A stretch of DNA of 64,000 nt. Source: Desulfobacterales bacterium. GTDB taxonomy: Bacteria; Desulfobacterota; Desulfobacteria; Desulfobacterales; SpSt-501. The position numbers were made by a program, and so were the translations under genes. Positions within the stretch are counted from its first letter, which is position 1. Every line of letters starts with the position of its first letter. Shown here in pieces: positions 44,727 to 52,510 of the stretch. The stretch lies in NCBI GenBank assembly GCA_037481615.1, contig JBBFLI010000014.1, one strand, 5' to 3'. The notes below the pieces were generated by a model that was given only the letters and a program-made list of their open reading frames with translations, searched no databases and was not told where the DNA came from.

Positions 44727-45482
44727 TCAGCGCGCGAACTCGAGCGCCGCCGAGGCGGCGACGGCGGCGGCGACGGCGGCGGCGAAGGCGAGCGAGCCCC
44801 TGCCCAGATGGAACTCGTGCAGGCTGAAGAACACCCCCTGGAAGCCGCGGCAGACCATCGCCCGACGGACGCGCTCGGCACGGTCCACGGCGCGCACGAG
44901 GAGCATGCCGAGCAGCCAGGCGAAGGTGCGGTAGGTGTGCAGGTCGGTCCGCGGGCGGAAACCCCGCAGCGCCGCGGCCCGCCGCAGTCTGCGGAATTCC
45001 TGCTCGAGGAGGGCGAGATAACGCCAGGTGAGCAACAAAAGCTGCACGAGTTTTCCCGGGGCCCCCAGCCGGTGAAGGGCGTGTCCCGCGGTCGGCAGGG
45101 AAAGGGGCGCGACGAGCGCGAGCAGCGCGAGCACGAGGGCGTTCGATTTGAGCGTGATCGCAAACGCCAGGAGAACCCCCTCGCGGCTCGCCGCAAGGGG
45201 GCCGAGCCGCAGCAGGGCCTCCCCCGGCAGGCTGAAGGGGAGAAAGATCCACAAGAGCGCGATGAAGCCGTTCACGGCGAAGAGGCGGCGCAGCACCGAC
45301 CCGGCCGAAAGGCGGAAGAAGACCGCCAGCGCCAGCGCAAAGACGAGTGCGGCGGCGATGCTCGCGGGCTTCTGCCAAACGGCGGTTGCGCTGCTGTAGG
45401 CCAGGGCGGCGACCAGACGCACCCGCGGGTCGATTCGCGCCGCGAGCGCTCTCCCCCCGGCGGCGAGGGGTTCGGGGAGCAA
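44727..45482 (-). CDS. nikQ: ECF transporter transmembrane T component (CbiQ/NikQ)
   Basis: 251 aa, multi-TM. ...RRAAALRGF...RAERVRRAMVCRGF is the conserved CbiQ Arg-rich coupling-helix region. Confidence 0.8.
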   Translation of the reverse strand: MLPEPLAAGGRALAARIDPRVRLVAALAYSSATAVWQKPASIAAALVFALALAVFFRLSAGSVLRRLFAVNGFIALLWIFLPFSLPGEALLRLGPLAASREGVLLAFAITLKSNALVLALLALVAPLSLPTAGHALHRLGAPGKLVQLLLLTWRYLALLEQEFRRLRRAAALRGFRPRTDLHTYRTFAWLLGMLLVRAVDRAERVRRAMVCRGFQGVFFSLHEFHLGRGSLAFAAAVAAAVAASAALEFAR

Positions 45483-45501
45483 GGCAGCGGGTCTTTTCGT
45501 T

Positions 45502-45690
45502 TCAGGCGCCGAAGACGATGCGGTGCTCGACCAGGTGCATCCGTTTCAGGGGCGCCTTCACGGTCTTCTGCTGGCCGAAGATGTTGACGAGGAGGAAACT
45601 GCCGTCCTCCTGGGGCTCCACCCGGTCGACCGACTCGAGGAGAAGCTCCTCCCGGCCGTCCCGTTCCACGTAGGCGTGCGCTTCACACAT
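45502..45690 (-). CDS. cooT: CooT-family nickel-binding protein
   Basis: 62 aa. MCEAHAYVERDGREELLLESVDRVEPQEDGSFLLVNIFGQQKTV...HRIVF has the N-terminal Met-Cys-Glu-Ala and beta-rich pattern of CooT. Confidence 0.75.
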   Translation of the reverse strand: MCEAHAYVERDGREELLLESVDRVEPQEDGSFLLVNIFGQQKTVKAPLKRMHLVEHRIVFGA

Positions 45691-46105
45691 CGGGCAGCAC
45701 CTCCTTCACTTTCCGGTGCACGAGCGTCTGGACCAGGTGCGGCAGCGGCTCGGCGGAGACCCCCACCAGGCTGACCGCCTCCTGGGTGAGGGGGAGGAAG
45801 ATCTTGGGGGCGGGGCTCCCCATGATCGCCTCGGCCATCCTCGGGGTGACCTCCCCCAGCATGGCGTGCGCCCAGCCGATCGAAATGGCCCCCACGATCA
45901 CATCCACGCGGGGGGCGGTGCGGACGATCGCGTTTTCGCCGCTTGCGGCGCGGTTCGCCCCGGCCTTGAGCATCTGGGCGGCGGCGATGGCATTGGTGCC
46001 GAGCGCGATCAGCTCGACCGTCTCGCCGTAGGCTTCCTTGAGCGCGCGCAGAACGGCCGCCCCGATCCCCCCGCCTTGGCCGTCGATGACGCAGATGCGT
46101 TTCAA
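45683..46105 (-). CDS. DUF3842-like protein
   Basis: 140 aa. MKRICVIDGQGGGIGAAVLRALKEAYGETVELIALGTNAIAAAQMLKAGANRAASGENAIV... recalled as the DUF3842 family signature (IDGQGGGIG). 8-nt overlap with cooT and ATGA overlap with the upstream gene. Confidence 0.6.
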   Translation of the reverse strand: MKRICVIDGQGGGIGAAVLRALKEAYGETVELIALGTNAIAAAQMLKAGANRAASGENAIVRTAPRVDVIVGAISIGWAHAMLGEVTPRMAEAIMGSPAPKIFLPLTQEAVSLVGVSAEPLPHLVQTLVHRKVKEVLPDV

Positions 46106-46692
46106 GCCGGTCCGCCCCCCCGACGCCTGCTCTTGAGCCAGACGGCGAAGCCCGCCAGGCCCACGATCCAGCCCAAGCCCCCCACGACATCGCTCAGCCG
46201 CGCGCGCGGCGCGTGAAGCTCGGCCATCATTTTCACCACGGGGGCGAGCTTCCTGTCCAGCGCTTTTTCGAGGGCCTGCTCGAGCTCGGCGGGGGAGAGG
46301 GAGGCCGCGGCCGCCGCCGGCCCCGAGGCGGGGGCGGGCGAGGGGGCGGCAGCCGCCGGCCCGCCGCCCAGCTCCGCGGCCGAAAGGGGCCAGTCCGCGC
46401 GGTGGCCCATGCCGGCCTCGAGCACGATCGTGAGATCCTCCCGGAGAGGGATCGGGAAGGAAAACTCGCCCCGGTCGTTCGTCTTGCCCTGGAGCAACTC
46501 GCGGCCGGAGCGGTCCAGCACCCGGATCAGACCCTCTTTCACGAGGGTCCCGTCGGGGTACTTGGCCTCGGTGTGGACGGTTTCCCCCTCGACCCAGGCA
46601 AAGAGGTTCACCCGGTGGGCGGAGGCGTCTCCGGGCGGAAGGAGGGGGACGAGAGAGAGGGTCAGGGTGAAGAGAAGCGTTGCGGTGTTCAT
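46102..46692 (-). CDS. nikL: NikL-like accessory component (signal anchor, periplasmic beta-domain, C-terminal TM)
   Basis: ATG 46692 (ATGA overlap with the nikM stop). MNTATLLFTLTLSLVPLL...AHRVNLFAWVEGETVH...DRGEFSFPIP..., Ala/Pro linker, terminal TM GLGWIVGLAGFAVWL. Confidence 0.5.
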   Translation of the reverse strand: MNTATLLFTLTLSLVPLLPPGDASAHRVNLFAWVEGETVHTEAKYPDGTLVKEGLIRVLDRSGRELLQGKTNDRGEFSFPIPLREDLTIVLEAGMGHRADWPLSAAELGGGPAAAAPSPAPASGPAAAAASLSPAELEQALEKALDRKLAPVVKMMAELHAPRARLSDVVGGLGWIVGLAGFAVWLKSRRRGGGPA

Positions 46693-47306
46693 CGCACCTC
46701 CACGGGCGGGCGGCCGGGAAGCAGCCCGGGCTGGACCCGGCGCAGGAACCCCACGCACAGGGCCGTCACGACCCCCTCGATCCCCATCACCGGCAGGTGG
46801 GCGAGGACCACGGCGAAAGCCACGTTCAAAAAATGCTCCCCGCTCAAGGCGAGCGCAAGCCCCACGACGACCCCGCCGAGCAGCACGGAAAGAAAGCCGC
46901 AGGCGAAGGCGGCGGCGAGCGCGGCCGCCTTCGGTCCCTGCAGGAAGCGGGAAAAGAGGCCGTAGCCGGTCACCGCCGGCAGGGCCATGATCAGCGTGTT
47001 CACCCCCAGGGTGGTCAGCCCCCCGAACTGGAAGAAGACCGCCTGCAGGACGAGCCCCACGAGGATCGCGGGGAAGGCCGTCCAGCCGAGGAGCAGACCG
47101 ACCAGGCCGTTCAGGACGAGATGAACGCTCGTCGGCCCGAGCGGCACGTGGACGAGCGAGGCGACGAAGAAGGCCCCGGCGAGCATGGCCGCCCGGGGGA
47201 TCTGCTCGGGCTCGAGTTTCTTCAGGCCGATGCCTGTGCCGGCGGCCGCGAGTGCGGCCCCGGCGAGCAGGACGGGGCCGGAGAGCACCCCTTCGGAGAT
47301 GTGCAT
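46689..47306 (-). CDS. nikM: ECF transporter substrate-capture component CbiM/NikM
   Basis: 205 aa beginning MHISEGVLS (the N-terminal Met-His required for metal ligation in the CbiM/NikM family). Multi-TM. Confidence 0.85.
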   Translation of the reverse strand: MHISEGVLSGPVLLAGAALAAAGTGIGLKKLEPEQIPRAAMLAGAFFVASLVHVPLGPTSVHLVLNGLVGLLLGWTAFPAILVGLVLQAVFFQFGGLTTLGVNTLIMALPAVTGYGLFSRFLQGPKAAALAAAFACGFLSVLLGGVVVGLALALSGEHFLNVAFAVVLAHLPVMGIEGVVTALCVGFLRRVQPGLLPGRPPVEVR

Positions 47307-47348
47307 GAGGCGGATCCTATCCGATTCCGGGTCAAAGCGAAAGCCGCC

Positions 47349-48713
47349 CTAAAAGCCGAACTCCGCCCGGACGGTCGTGGCGAAGACGGGGTCGTTCTCG
47401 GAGTCGCCGCCGGGGTTCCAGACATACTGGAAGTCGGGCGTGAAGGCCAGATTTTCGCCGACCGCGATCCGGTAGTAGACCTCGAGATGCACCTCGGGAT
47501 CGTCCTTGCGGTAGCGTCCGTCCGGGAAGAGCGCGGCCAGGCCCAGGCCGATCTCGTCCTCGTCCCGCCGGGGGAGGAGCCCCTTCAGGTTCACCCCGCC
47601 GGAGATCTCCTGCTTCACCACGTAGACCTCCTCGTTGTTCCAGCCGAGGCGGCCGAAGAGCCCGATCGTCTCGGTCAGCTGCTGGTCGGCCGAGATCCCC
47701 AGCCCCCAGCCCGCGGCCTTGCGACCGGCGATGAAGTTGCGCTCGGCATCGAGCTTCGCATGATCGTAGCCCGCCCGCCAGGCGTAGAAGCGGTAATTGC
47801 CCCCGCGCCCGCCGAAGTGGGGCGAGAAGGAGACCTGCCCCCCGAGAAAGGGCGTGCTGAAGACGTTGTCGTACTTGCTCTTCGCCGTCTCCTCGAGCGG
47901 GCTTCCCCCCACCAGCGGCCGCGAGCTCGAGGCCCCCACCAGGTGGAAGGCGAGAGATTCCCCGGGCTGAACCCTCACCCCGAAGAGCGGGGTGTACTCG
48001 TTCTCGCCGTCGAGCACGGAGTTGTTGACGAAAGGCTTGCCGATGAACTGCTTGCCCTCGTCGTTCGCATAGGCGTTGTCGTCCAGAAAGGAAAGGGGCT
48101 CGCCCTTGCCGGCGGTGAGCGAAAGGCGCTCGTTCCAAAAATGGTGCGTGTAGTGCGCCTCGAGCAGCGCAAGCGCCGTCTCGTCCCCGCCGTCGGTGTT
48201 GTCGTCGGCGATCGTGTTGAGATTGGCGAGCAGCACCTCGGCCGGCTTCACCCGGCCGCCGCCCGTCCGGTCCGCCCCGCTTCCCGCCCCGGCGTGAATG
48301 CGCAGGAAAAACTCCCCCTCCTCCAAAACCGGCACGGCGGGCGTCCAGGACAGCTCGAGATCCGCCGCAAACCCCGCCCCGCTCGGGCTGTCCGCCCGCA
48401 GGCCGTCCAGCTCGTCGGCGCCTCCGTCCTGGTAATACAGCACCGCCCCCCCGTGAATGGAAAGTGTGCCGAAGCGCTCCTCGAGCGCCTCGCCGATCTT
48501 GTCCTCGAGCGCCTTCTCGTTTTTCAGCTCCCGGCGTTTGGCGAGCTGCTCCTGCTCCTCGAGCTTTTGCTCGAGCTCCGCGATCCGCTCTTTCAGCGCC
48601 TGGATCTCCTTGAGCACGGCCGCGTTGTCGGCAAGCGCGCGGCCGCCCGGAACGGCCCCGATCAGCAACAACGCCAGCCCGAGCCCCAGCCACCGTTTCC
48701 TGTCGCACCTCAT
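47349..48713 (-). CDS. Outer-membrane beta-barrel porin with N-terminal coiled coil (OprB/DUF3373-like)
   Basis: ATG 48713 (MRCDRKRWLGLGLALLLIGAVPGGRALA). Coiled coil LKEIQALKERIAELEQKLEEQEQLAKRRELK. Alternating beta-strand pattern. C-terminal ...TVRAEFGF (terminal Phe). Confidence 0.7.
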   Translation of the reverse strand: MRCDRKRWLGLGLALLLIGAVPGGRALADNAAVLKEIQALKERIAELEQKLEEQEQLAKRRELKNEKALEDKIGEALEERFGTLSIHGGAVLYYQDGGADELDGLRADSPSGAGFAADLELSWTPAVPVLEEGEFFLRIHAGAGSGADRTGGGRVKPAEVLLANLNTIADDNTDGGDETALALLEAHYTHHFWNERLSLTAGKGEPLSFLDDNAYANDEGKQFIGKPFVNNSVLDGENEYTPLFGVRVQPGESLAFHLVGASSSRPLVGGSPLEETAKSKYDNVFSTPFLGGQVSFSPHFGGRGGNYRFYAWRAGYDHAKLDAERNFIAGRKAAGWGLGISADQQLTETIGLFGRLGWNNEEVYVVKQEISGGVNLKGLLPRRDEDEIGLGLAALFPDGRYRKDDPEVHLEVYYRIAVGENLAFTPDFQYVWNPGGDSENDPVFATTVRAEFGF

Positions 48714-48772
48714 TTCGCACCTACCTCGAATGTCGTGAGTTGCAGGCGGGGAAAGCCCCCGCCGCCGGACGG

Positions 48773-49543
48773 TCATTTTTCTTTCCAGTCGTGGAAATAG
48801 ACCCAAATCACGCCGCCGATCTCGACCGCCTTGTCCTTGCCGTCCTTTTTCAGCTTGAAATCGGCCGGCGCCAGGGCGGCGAACCCCCACCAGCCCGGCC
48901 GGGGCGCGGCATAGGTGAAGACGCCGTTGCGGTCGGCCTTGACGACCTGGGTGACCTGGTACTCGGTCGGCGGCTCGGCCTTACCCTCGCGGTTGTAGAA
49001 CTCGATTTCGACCTCGGCGAAGGGCGCGGGCTTGCCGTTCTGCTTCACGATCCCCTGGAAGACGTTTCCGGCGTAGAGGCCGAAGGGCCGCGTGAGGGGG
49101 ACGATCTCGATCGGGTGGCCGACCTCGCGGTCCCAGCCCTCCTCCTCGCCGAAGGCCGGGACGACGACCTTGGTGTAGTGCGCGATGAAGGAATCCTCGG
49201 CCGGCTCCCAGTAGGGCTCGGGCTCGAAGTGGAAGATGTAGACCCCGGGGCGCTTAAACGTGTAAGAGGCGCTCCAGGCCGCCTTGCCCATGACCTGCGC
49301 CGGCTTGAGGCCGGCGGAGAGATCCTCCTTCGCCGTGCCGGCGAGCACCCCGAAGACTTTCGGCTTCGCCATGTCCATCCCCACCATTTCCATGGGGTGC
49401 GAGAAGGAGAGCAGGAGTTCGATCGCCTTGGGGTCGGTCTTCGAAATCACGGGCTTGGCGGGGATGAGCATCCCGAAATGGGCCCAGGCGGGCGCGCCGG
49501 AGATCAGGAGCGCAAGACCCAGGGAAACGACACGTTTTTTCAT
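48773..49543 (-). CDS. nikK: Periplasmic DUF4198/NikK-like metal-binding protein
   Basis: ATG 49543 after [35 protein letters not shown]... (signal peptide then the His-Phe-Gly start of the mature protein). Ig-like beta-sandwich region [19 protein letters not shown]...ADRNGVFTY. Confidence 0.7.
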   Translation of the reverse strand: MKKRVVSLGLALLISGAPAWAHFGMLIPAKPVISKTDPKAIELLLSFSHPMEMVGMDMAKPKVFGVLAGTAKEDLSAGLKPAQVMGKAAWSASYTFKRPGVYIFHFEPEPYWEPAEDSFIAHYTKVVVPAFGEEEGWDREVGHPIEIVPLTRPFGLYAGNVFQGIVKQNGKPAPFAEVEIEFYNREGKAEPPTEYQVTQVVKADRNGVFTYAAPRPGWWGFAALAPADFKLKKDGKDKAVEIGGVIWVYFHDWKEK

Positions 49544-49572
49544 GTGCGGCCTCCTTGTCTTCTGCCGTGGCG

Positions 49573-49611
49573 AAAAAAAAAGGCCGCGCGTCCGCGGCGC
49601 CTTCGGGCGCC
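49573..49611 (-). terminator. Leader terminator with overlapping alternative hairpin upstream of nikK
   Basis: Minus strand: GGCGCC-CGAA-GGCGCC (49611-49596) shares GCC with the terminator stem GCCGCG-GACG-CGCGGC (49598-49583). That stem is followed by C + U9 (49581-49573), then 16 nt to the SD. Confidence 0.5.
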
Positions 49612-49692
49612 CCTTTCGCACGGCCTCGACACGGCCAGCAAAAAGCAGCTGAGATTGGGGGAATTGCGGGCTCCGGCCCGCTTTGACGGGCT

Positions 49693-49721
49693 TTGTTAAT
49701 CCAAGGGATCCGGCCTGTCAA
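49693..49721 (-). promoter_or_regulatory. Candidate sigma70 promoter of the nik operon
   Basis: Minus strand TTGACA (49721-49716), 17-nt spacer, TAACAA (49698-49693). Predicted leader of about 140 nt. Confidence 0.5.
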
Positions 49722-49775
49722 GCGGTGGGCCAGGCCTCCTTGACTTGGTTCGGGAAAGTCTCTAAGGAAACCGGG

Positions 49776-50447
49776 ATGGCGCGATCCTCCGGAGAAAGCG
49801 GGAAAAAGCCTTTTTTGTCGCTTAGCCGGGCGGCGGTCTTCTCCTGGGCCGCGGGCCTTTTTCTGGTCTCGGCCTGGATGTTCGTCCTGGGGGTGATGGT
49901 CGGCCGCGGCACGGTGCCGATCGAGTTCGACGTCGAGCGTCTCAAACGCGCCGTCGCGGCCGCCGCGCGGGGGGCGGCCGCGGAAAAACCGCCGCCCCCC
50001 GCGCGGGCGGAGATGAAGAGCAAGGCCGATCTCGGCTTCTATGACCAGCTGCCGCGGGGACCGGAGGAGAAACCCGCCCTCCCGCGGCCCGCGCCGCCCG
50101 AAAAACCCCGCGCGCCCGAGCCCGGGGCGGGGGAGGTGCCGCGGGCGGCCGAGACGGAAAAGAAGCCGCCCCCGCCGCCCCCTTCGCCCGCCATGCAGCC
50201 CCCGGCGGGGGCGGGGCGCACCTTCACCGTCCAGGTGGCGGCCGTGCGCTCCGAAGAGGAGGCGCGGGGCCTTGCGGCAAGGCTCAGGCAGCGGGGGTAC
50301 GCCGCCTACGTCGAACCCGTGCCCTCGGCCGCGGGGGAAAAAATCTTCCGCGTGCGCATGGGCGAGTACCCCACGCGCGATTTCGCCCGCAGCCTCGTCG
50401 AGCGGCTGCGCCGGGACGGTTTTTCCGCCGAGGCGGTCGCGAAATAA
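49776..50447 (+). CDS. SPOR-domain protein (membrane-anchored, Pro-rich linker)
   Basis: ATG 49776 after AAGGA. One TM helix, Pro/Ala/Glu linker, and C-terminal FTVQVAAVRSEEEARGLAARLRQRGYAAYV...FRVRMGEYPTRDFA SPOR fold. Confidence 0.8.
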   Translation: MARSSGESGKKPFLSLSRAAVFSWAAGLFLVSAWMFVLGVMVGRGTVPIEFDVERLKRAVAAAARGAAAEKPPPPARAEMKSKADLGFYDQLPRGPEEKPALPRPAPPEKPRAPEPGAGEVPRAAETEKKPPPPPPSPAMQPPAGAGRTFTVQVAAVRSEEEARGLAARLRQRGYAAYVEPVPSAAGEKIFRVRMGEYPTRDFARSLVERLRRDGFSAEAVAK

Positions 50448-50471
50448 CGCCCGCAGCCTTTGGAGGTCGCC

Positions 50472-50756
50472 ATGGGCATCACGAAAGAGGAGATCCTCCA
50501 CGTCGTCGAGCTCGCGCGCCTGGAGATCGGGGAGCAGGAAATCGACGCCTTCGCCGGGCAGATCGCCGAGATCCTCGCCTACATCGACCAGCTGCGCGAG
50601 GTCGACACGACCGGGGTCCCGGGGACGGCGCACGCGGGGTTCCTCAAGAACGCCTTCCGGGAGGACGAGGAACGCCCTCATCTGCCCCGGCAGGAGGCGC
50701 TCGCCAACGCCCCCGAGGCCGACCACGAGAGCTTTCTCGTGCCGCGGGTGATCTGA
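50472..50756 (+). CDS. gatC: Asp/Glu-tRNA amidotransferase subunit C
   Basis: [41 protein letters not shown]... is a canonical GatC. Confidence 0.9.
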   Translation: MGITKEEILHVVELARLEIGEQEIDAFAGQIAEILAYIDQLREVDTTGVPGTAHAGFLKNAFREDEERPHLPRQEALANAPEADHESFLVPRVI

Positions 50757-50814
50757 AACGGCGGCGGCCTCGCCCCGGCAGACCCCGGCGCCGGCCCTGG
50801 AAAGGAAAACCCCC

Positions 50815-52272
50815 TTGGAACTGCACGAGCTCACGATCGCTCAAGCGCGCCGGCTGCTCGCGAAACGGGAGATCTCCGCCCGCGAGCTGGCGGAGGCGCA
50901 TCTGTCGCGGATCGAGGCCCTGGACGCCGGGATCGGCGCCTTCCTCACGGTGACCGCCGACCAGGCGCTCACCGCCGCGGACGCATCCGACCGCAGGATC
51001 GCCGCCGGCCAAGCCGGCTCGCTCGAGGGGATCCCGCTTGCCCTGAAGGATGTCCTCTGCACGCGCGGGGTGCGCACGAGCTGTGCCTCGCGCATCCTCG
51101 AAAACTTCGTGCCCCCCTACGATGCGACGGCGGTGGCAAGGCTCCGGCAGGCGGGCGCGGTCCTGCTGGGCAAGCTCAACATGGACGAGTTCGCCATGGG
51201 CTCCTCGACCGAGAACTCGGCCTTTCAGGTGACGCGCAACCCCTGGGACCCGGGCCGCACCCCGGGCGGCTCGAGCGGGGGCTCGGCCGCGGCGGTCGCC
51301 GCACGCCTTTGCCTCGGGGCGCTCGGCTCCGACACCGGCGGATCGATCCGCCAGCCCGCCTCGCACTGCGGGGTGGTGGGGCTCAAGCCGACCTACGGCC
51401 GGGTTTCGCGCTACGGCCTCGTCGCCTTCGCCTCCTCGCTCGACCAGGTCGGGCCCTTCGGCCGGACGGTCGAAGATGCCGCCCTCCTGCTCGAGGCGAT
51501 CGCCGGCCACGACCCGGCCGACTCCACCTCCGCCCGCGAACCCGTCCCCGCCTTCTCGGCCGCCCTGGGACAAGGCATCCGAGGGCTCAAGATCGGGATC
51601 CCCGCCGAGTACCGCGCGGCCGAAGGTCTCGACCCCGAGGTGGGCCGCGCCGTCGAGGAGGCGGTCGCCGACCTCGCGCGGCGGGGGGCGGAGCCGGTCG
51701 AGATCTCGCTGCCGCACACGCGCTACGCGGTCGCGGTCTACTACGTCATCGCCCCCGCCGAGGCGAGCTCGAACCTGGCGCGCTACGACGGCGTGAAGTA
51801 CGGCCGCCGCGACGGGGGCGAGGCGGAGCTTCTTTCCATGTACCGCCAAACCCGCGGCCGCAACTTCGGCCCCGAGGTCCGGCGGCGCATCGTGATCGGC
51901 ACCTACTGCCTCTCGGCGGGCTACTACGACGCTTACTACGGCAAGGCCTCGCAGGTGCGCTCGCTCATCGTGCGCGACTTCGCGGAGGCCTTCAAACGGT
52001 GCGACGCGATCGCCTGCCCGACCGCGCCCACCCCCGCCTTCCGGATCGGGGAAAAGGCGGAGGACCCGCTCACCCTCTACTTGGCCGACATCTTCACGAT
52101 CCCGGCGAACCTGGCGGGGATCCCGGCGGTCTCGGTCCCCTGCGCCTTTTCCTCCGCGGGGCTCCCGATCGGGCTCCAGCTCATGGGTAGGGCCTTCGAC
52201 GAGGAGACGATCCTCAGGCTCGCCCACGCCCTCGAGGCGGAGAGGGACCTTTCCCGCCGCCGCCCCTGCTGA
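50815..52272 (+). CDS. gatA: Asp/Glu-tRNA amidotransferase subunit A
   Basis: 485 aa (TTG start). Amidase signature [12 protein letters not shown]...[12 protein letters not shown]. Confidence 0.95.
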   Translation: MELHELTIAQARRLLAKREISARELAEAHLSRIEALDAGIGAFLTVTADQALTAADASDRRIAAGQAGSLEGIPLALKDVLCTRGVRTSCASRILENFVPPYDATAVARLRQAGAVLLGKLNMDEFAMGSSTENSAFQVTRNPWDPGRTPGGSSGGSAAAVAARLCLGALGSDTGGSIRQPASHCGVVGLKPTYGRVSRYGLVAFASSLDQVGPFGRTVEDAALLLEAIAGHDPADSTSAREPVPAFSAALGQGIRGLKIGIPAEYRAAEGLDPEVGRAVEEAVADLARRGAEPVEISLPHTRYAVAVYYVIAPAEASSNLARYDGVKYGRRDGGEAELLSMYRQTRGRNFGPEVRRRIVIGTYCLSAGYYDAYYGKASQVRSLIVRDFAEAFKRCDAIACPTAPTPAFRIGEKAEDPLTLYLADIFTIPANLAGIPAVSVPCAFSSAGLPIGLQLMGRAFDEETILRLAHALEAERDLSRRRPC

Positions 52273-52325
52273 AGTCCCGACCGCCGCACGGCAACCCCAA
52301 GCCTCGCCAAGAAAGGAGAAGAACC

Positions 52326-52508
52326 ATGGCCCCCATCCTGCCCCAGGGCGAAAACATCCGCCGCGCGGTGAAGTGGATCTCCGAGGAGCGGCAGGGCGAC
52401 CCCGCCCGTTCGATCGCGAAGCTGATCGAGGAGGCGAGCGTGCGCTTCAACCTCTCGCCCGCCGACGGCGAGTTTCTGCACAAATTCTTCCAGGAACAGA
52501 AAGCCTGA
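52326..52508 (+). CDS. Small hypothetical protein
   Basis: 60 aa. MAPILPQGENIRRAVKWISEERQGDPARSIAKLIEEASVRFNLSPADGEFLHKFFQEQKA has non-shadow, helical composition. The stop is 2 nt before the mutL ATG. Confidence 0.45.
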   Translation: MAPILPQGENIRRAVKWISEERQGDPARSIAKLIEEASVRFNLSPADGEFLHKFFQEQKA

Positions 52509-52510
52509 AA

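Noticed and set aside
46680-48800. 706-aa plus-strand ORF opposite nikM and the porin, plus similar long ORFs at 8849-10963, 31744-34017 and 55918-57822
   Set aside because: Each is antisense to an ORF with family-level similarity, and each has shadow-frame composition.
49561-49572. B12-box-like GCCACGG in the nik leader (a cobalamin riboswitch, as seen upstream of cbiMNQO operons)
   Set aside because: The match is only 7 nt and lies downstream of the leader terminator. The leader (~140 nt) is too short and lacks the other conserved cobalamin-riboswitch elements I can recall. The K/L components and CooT argue for nickel, not cobalt/B12.
49740-49768. TTGACT-17-TAAGGA as a promoter making the SPOR gene leaderless
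   Set aside because: The putative -10 (TAAGGA) is better explained as the Shine-Dalgarno (AAGGA, 7 nt before ATG 49776). The -10 match is poor.
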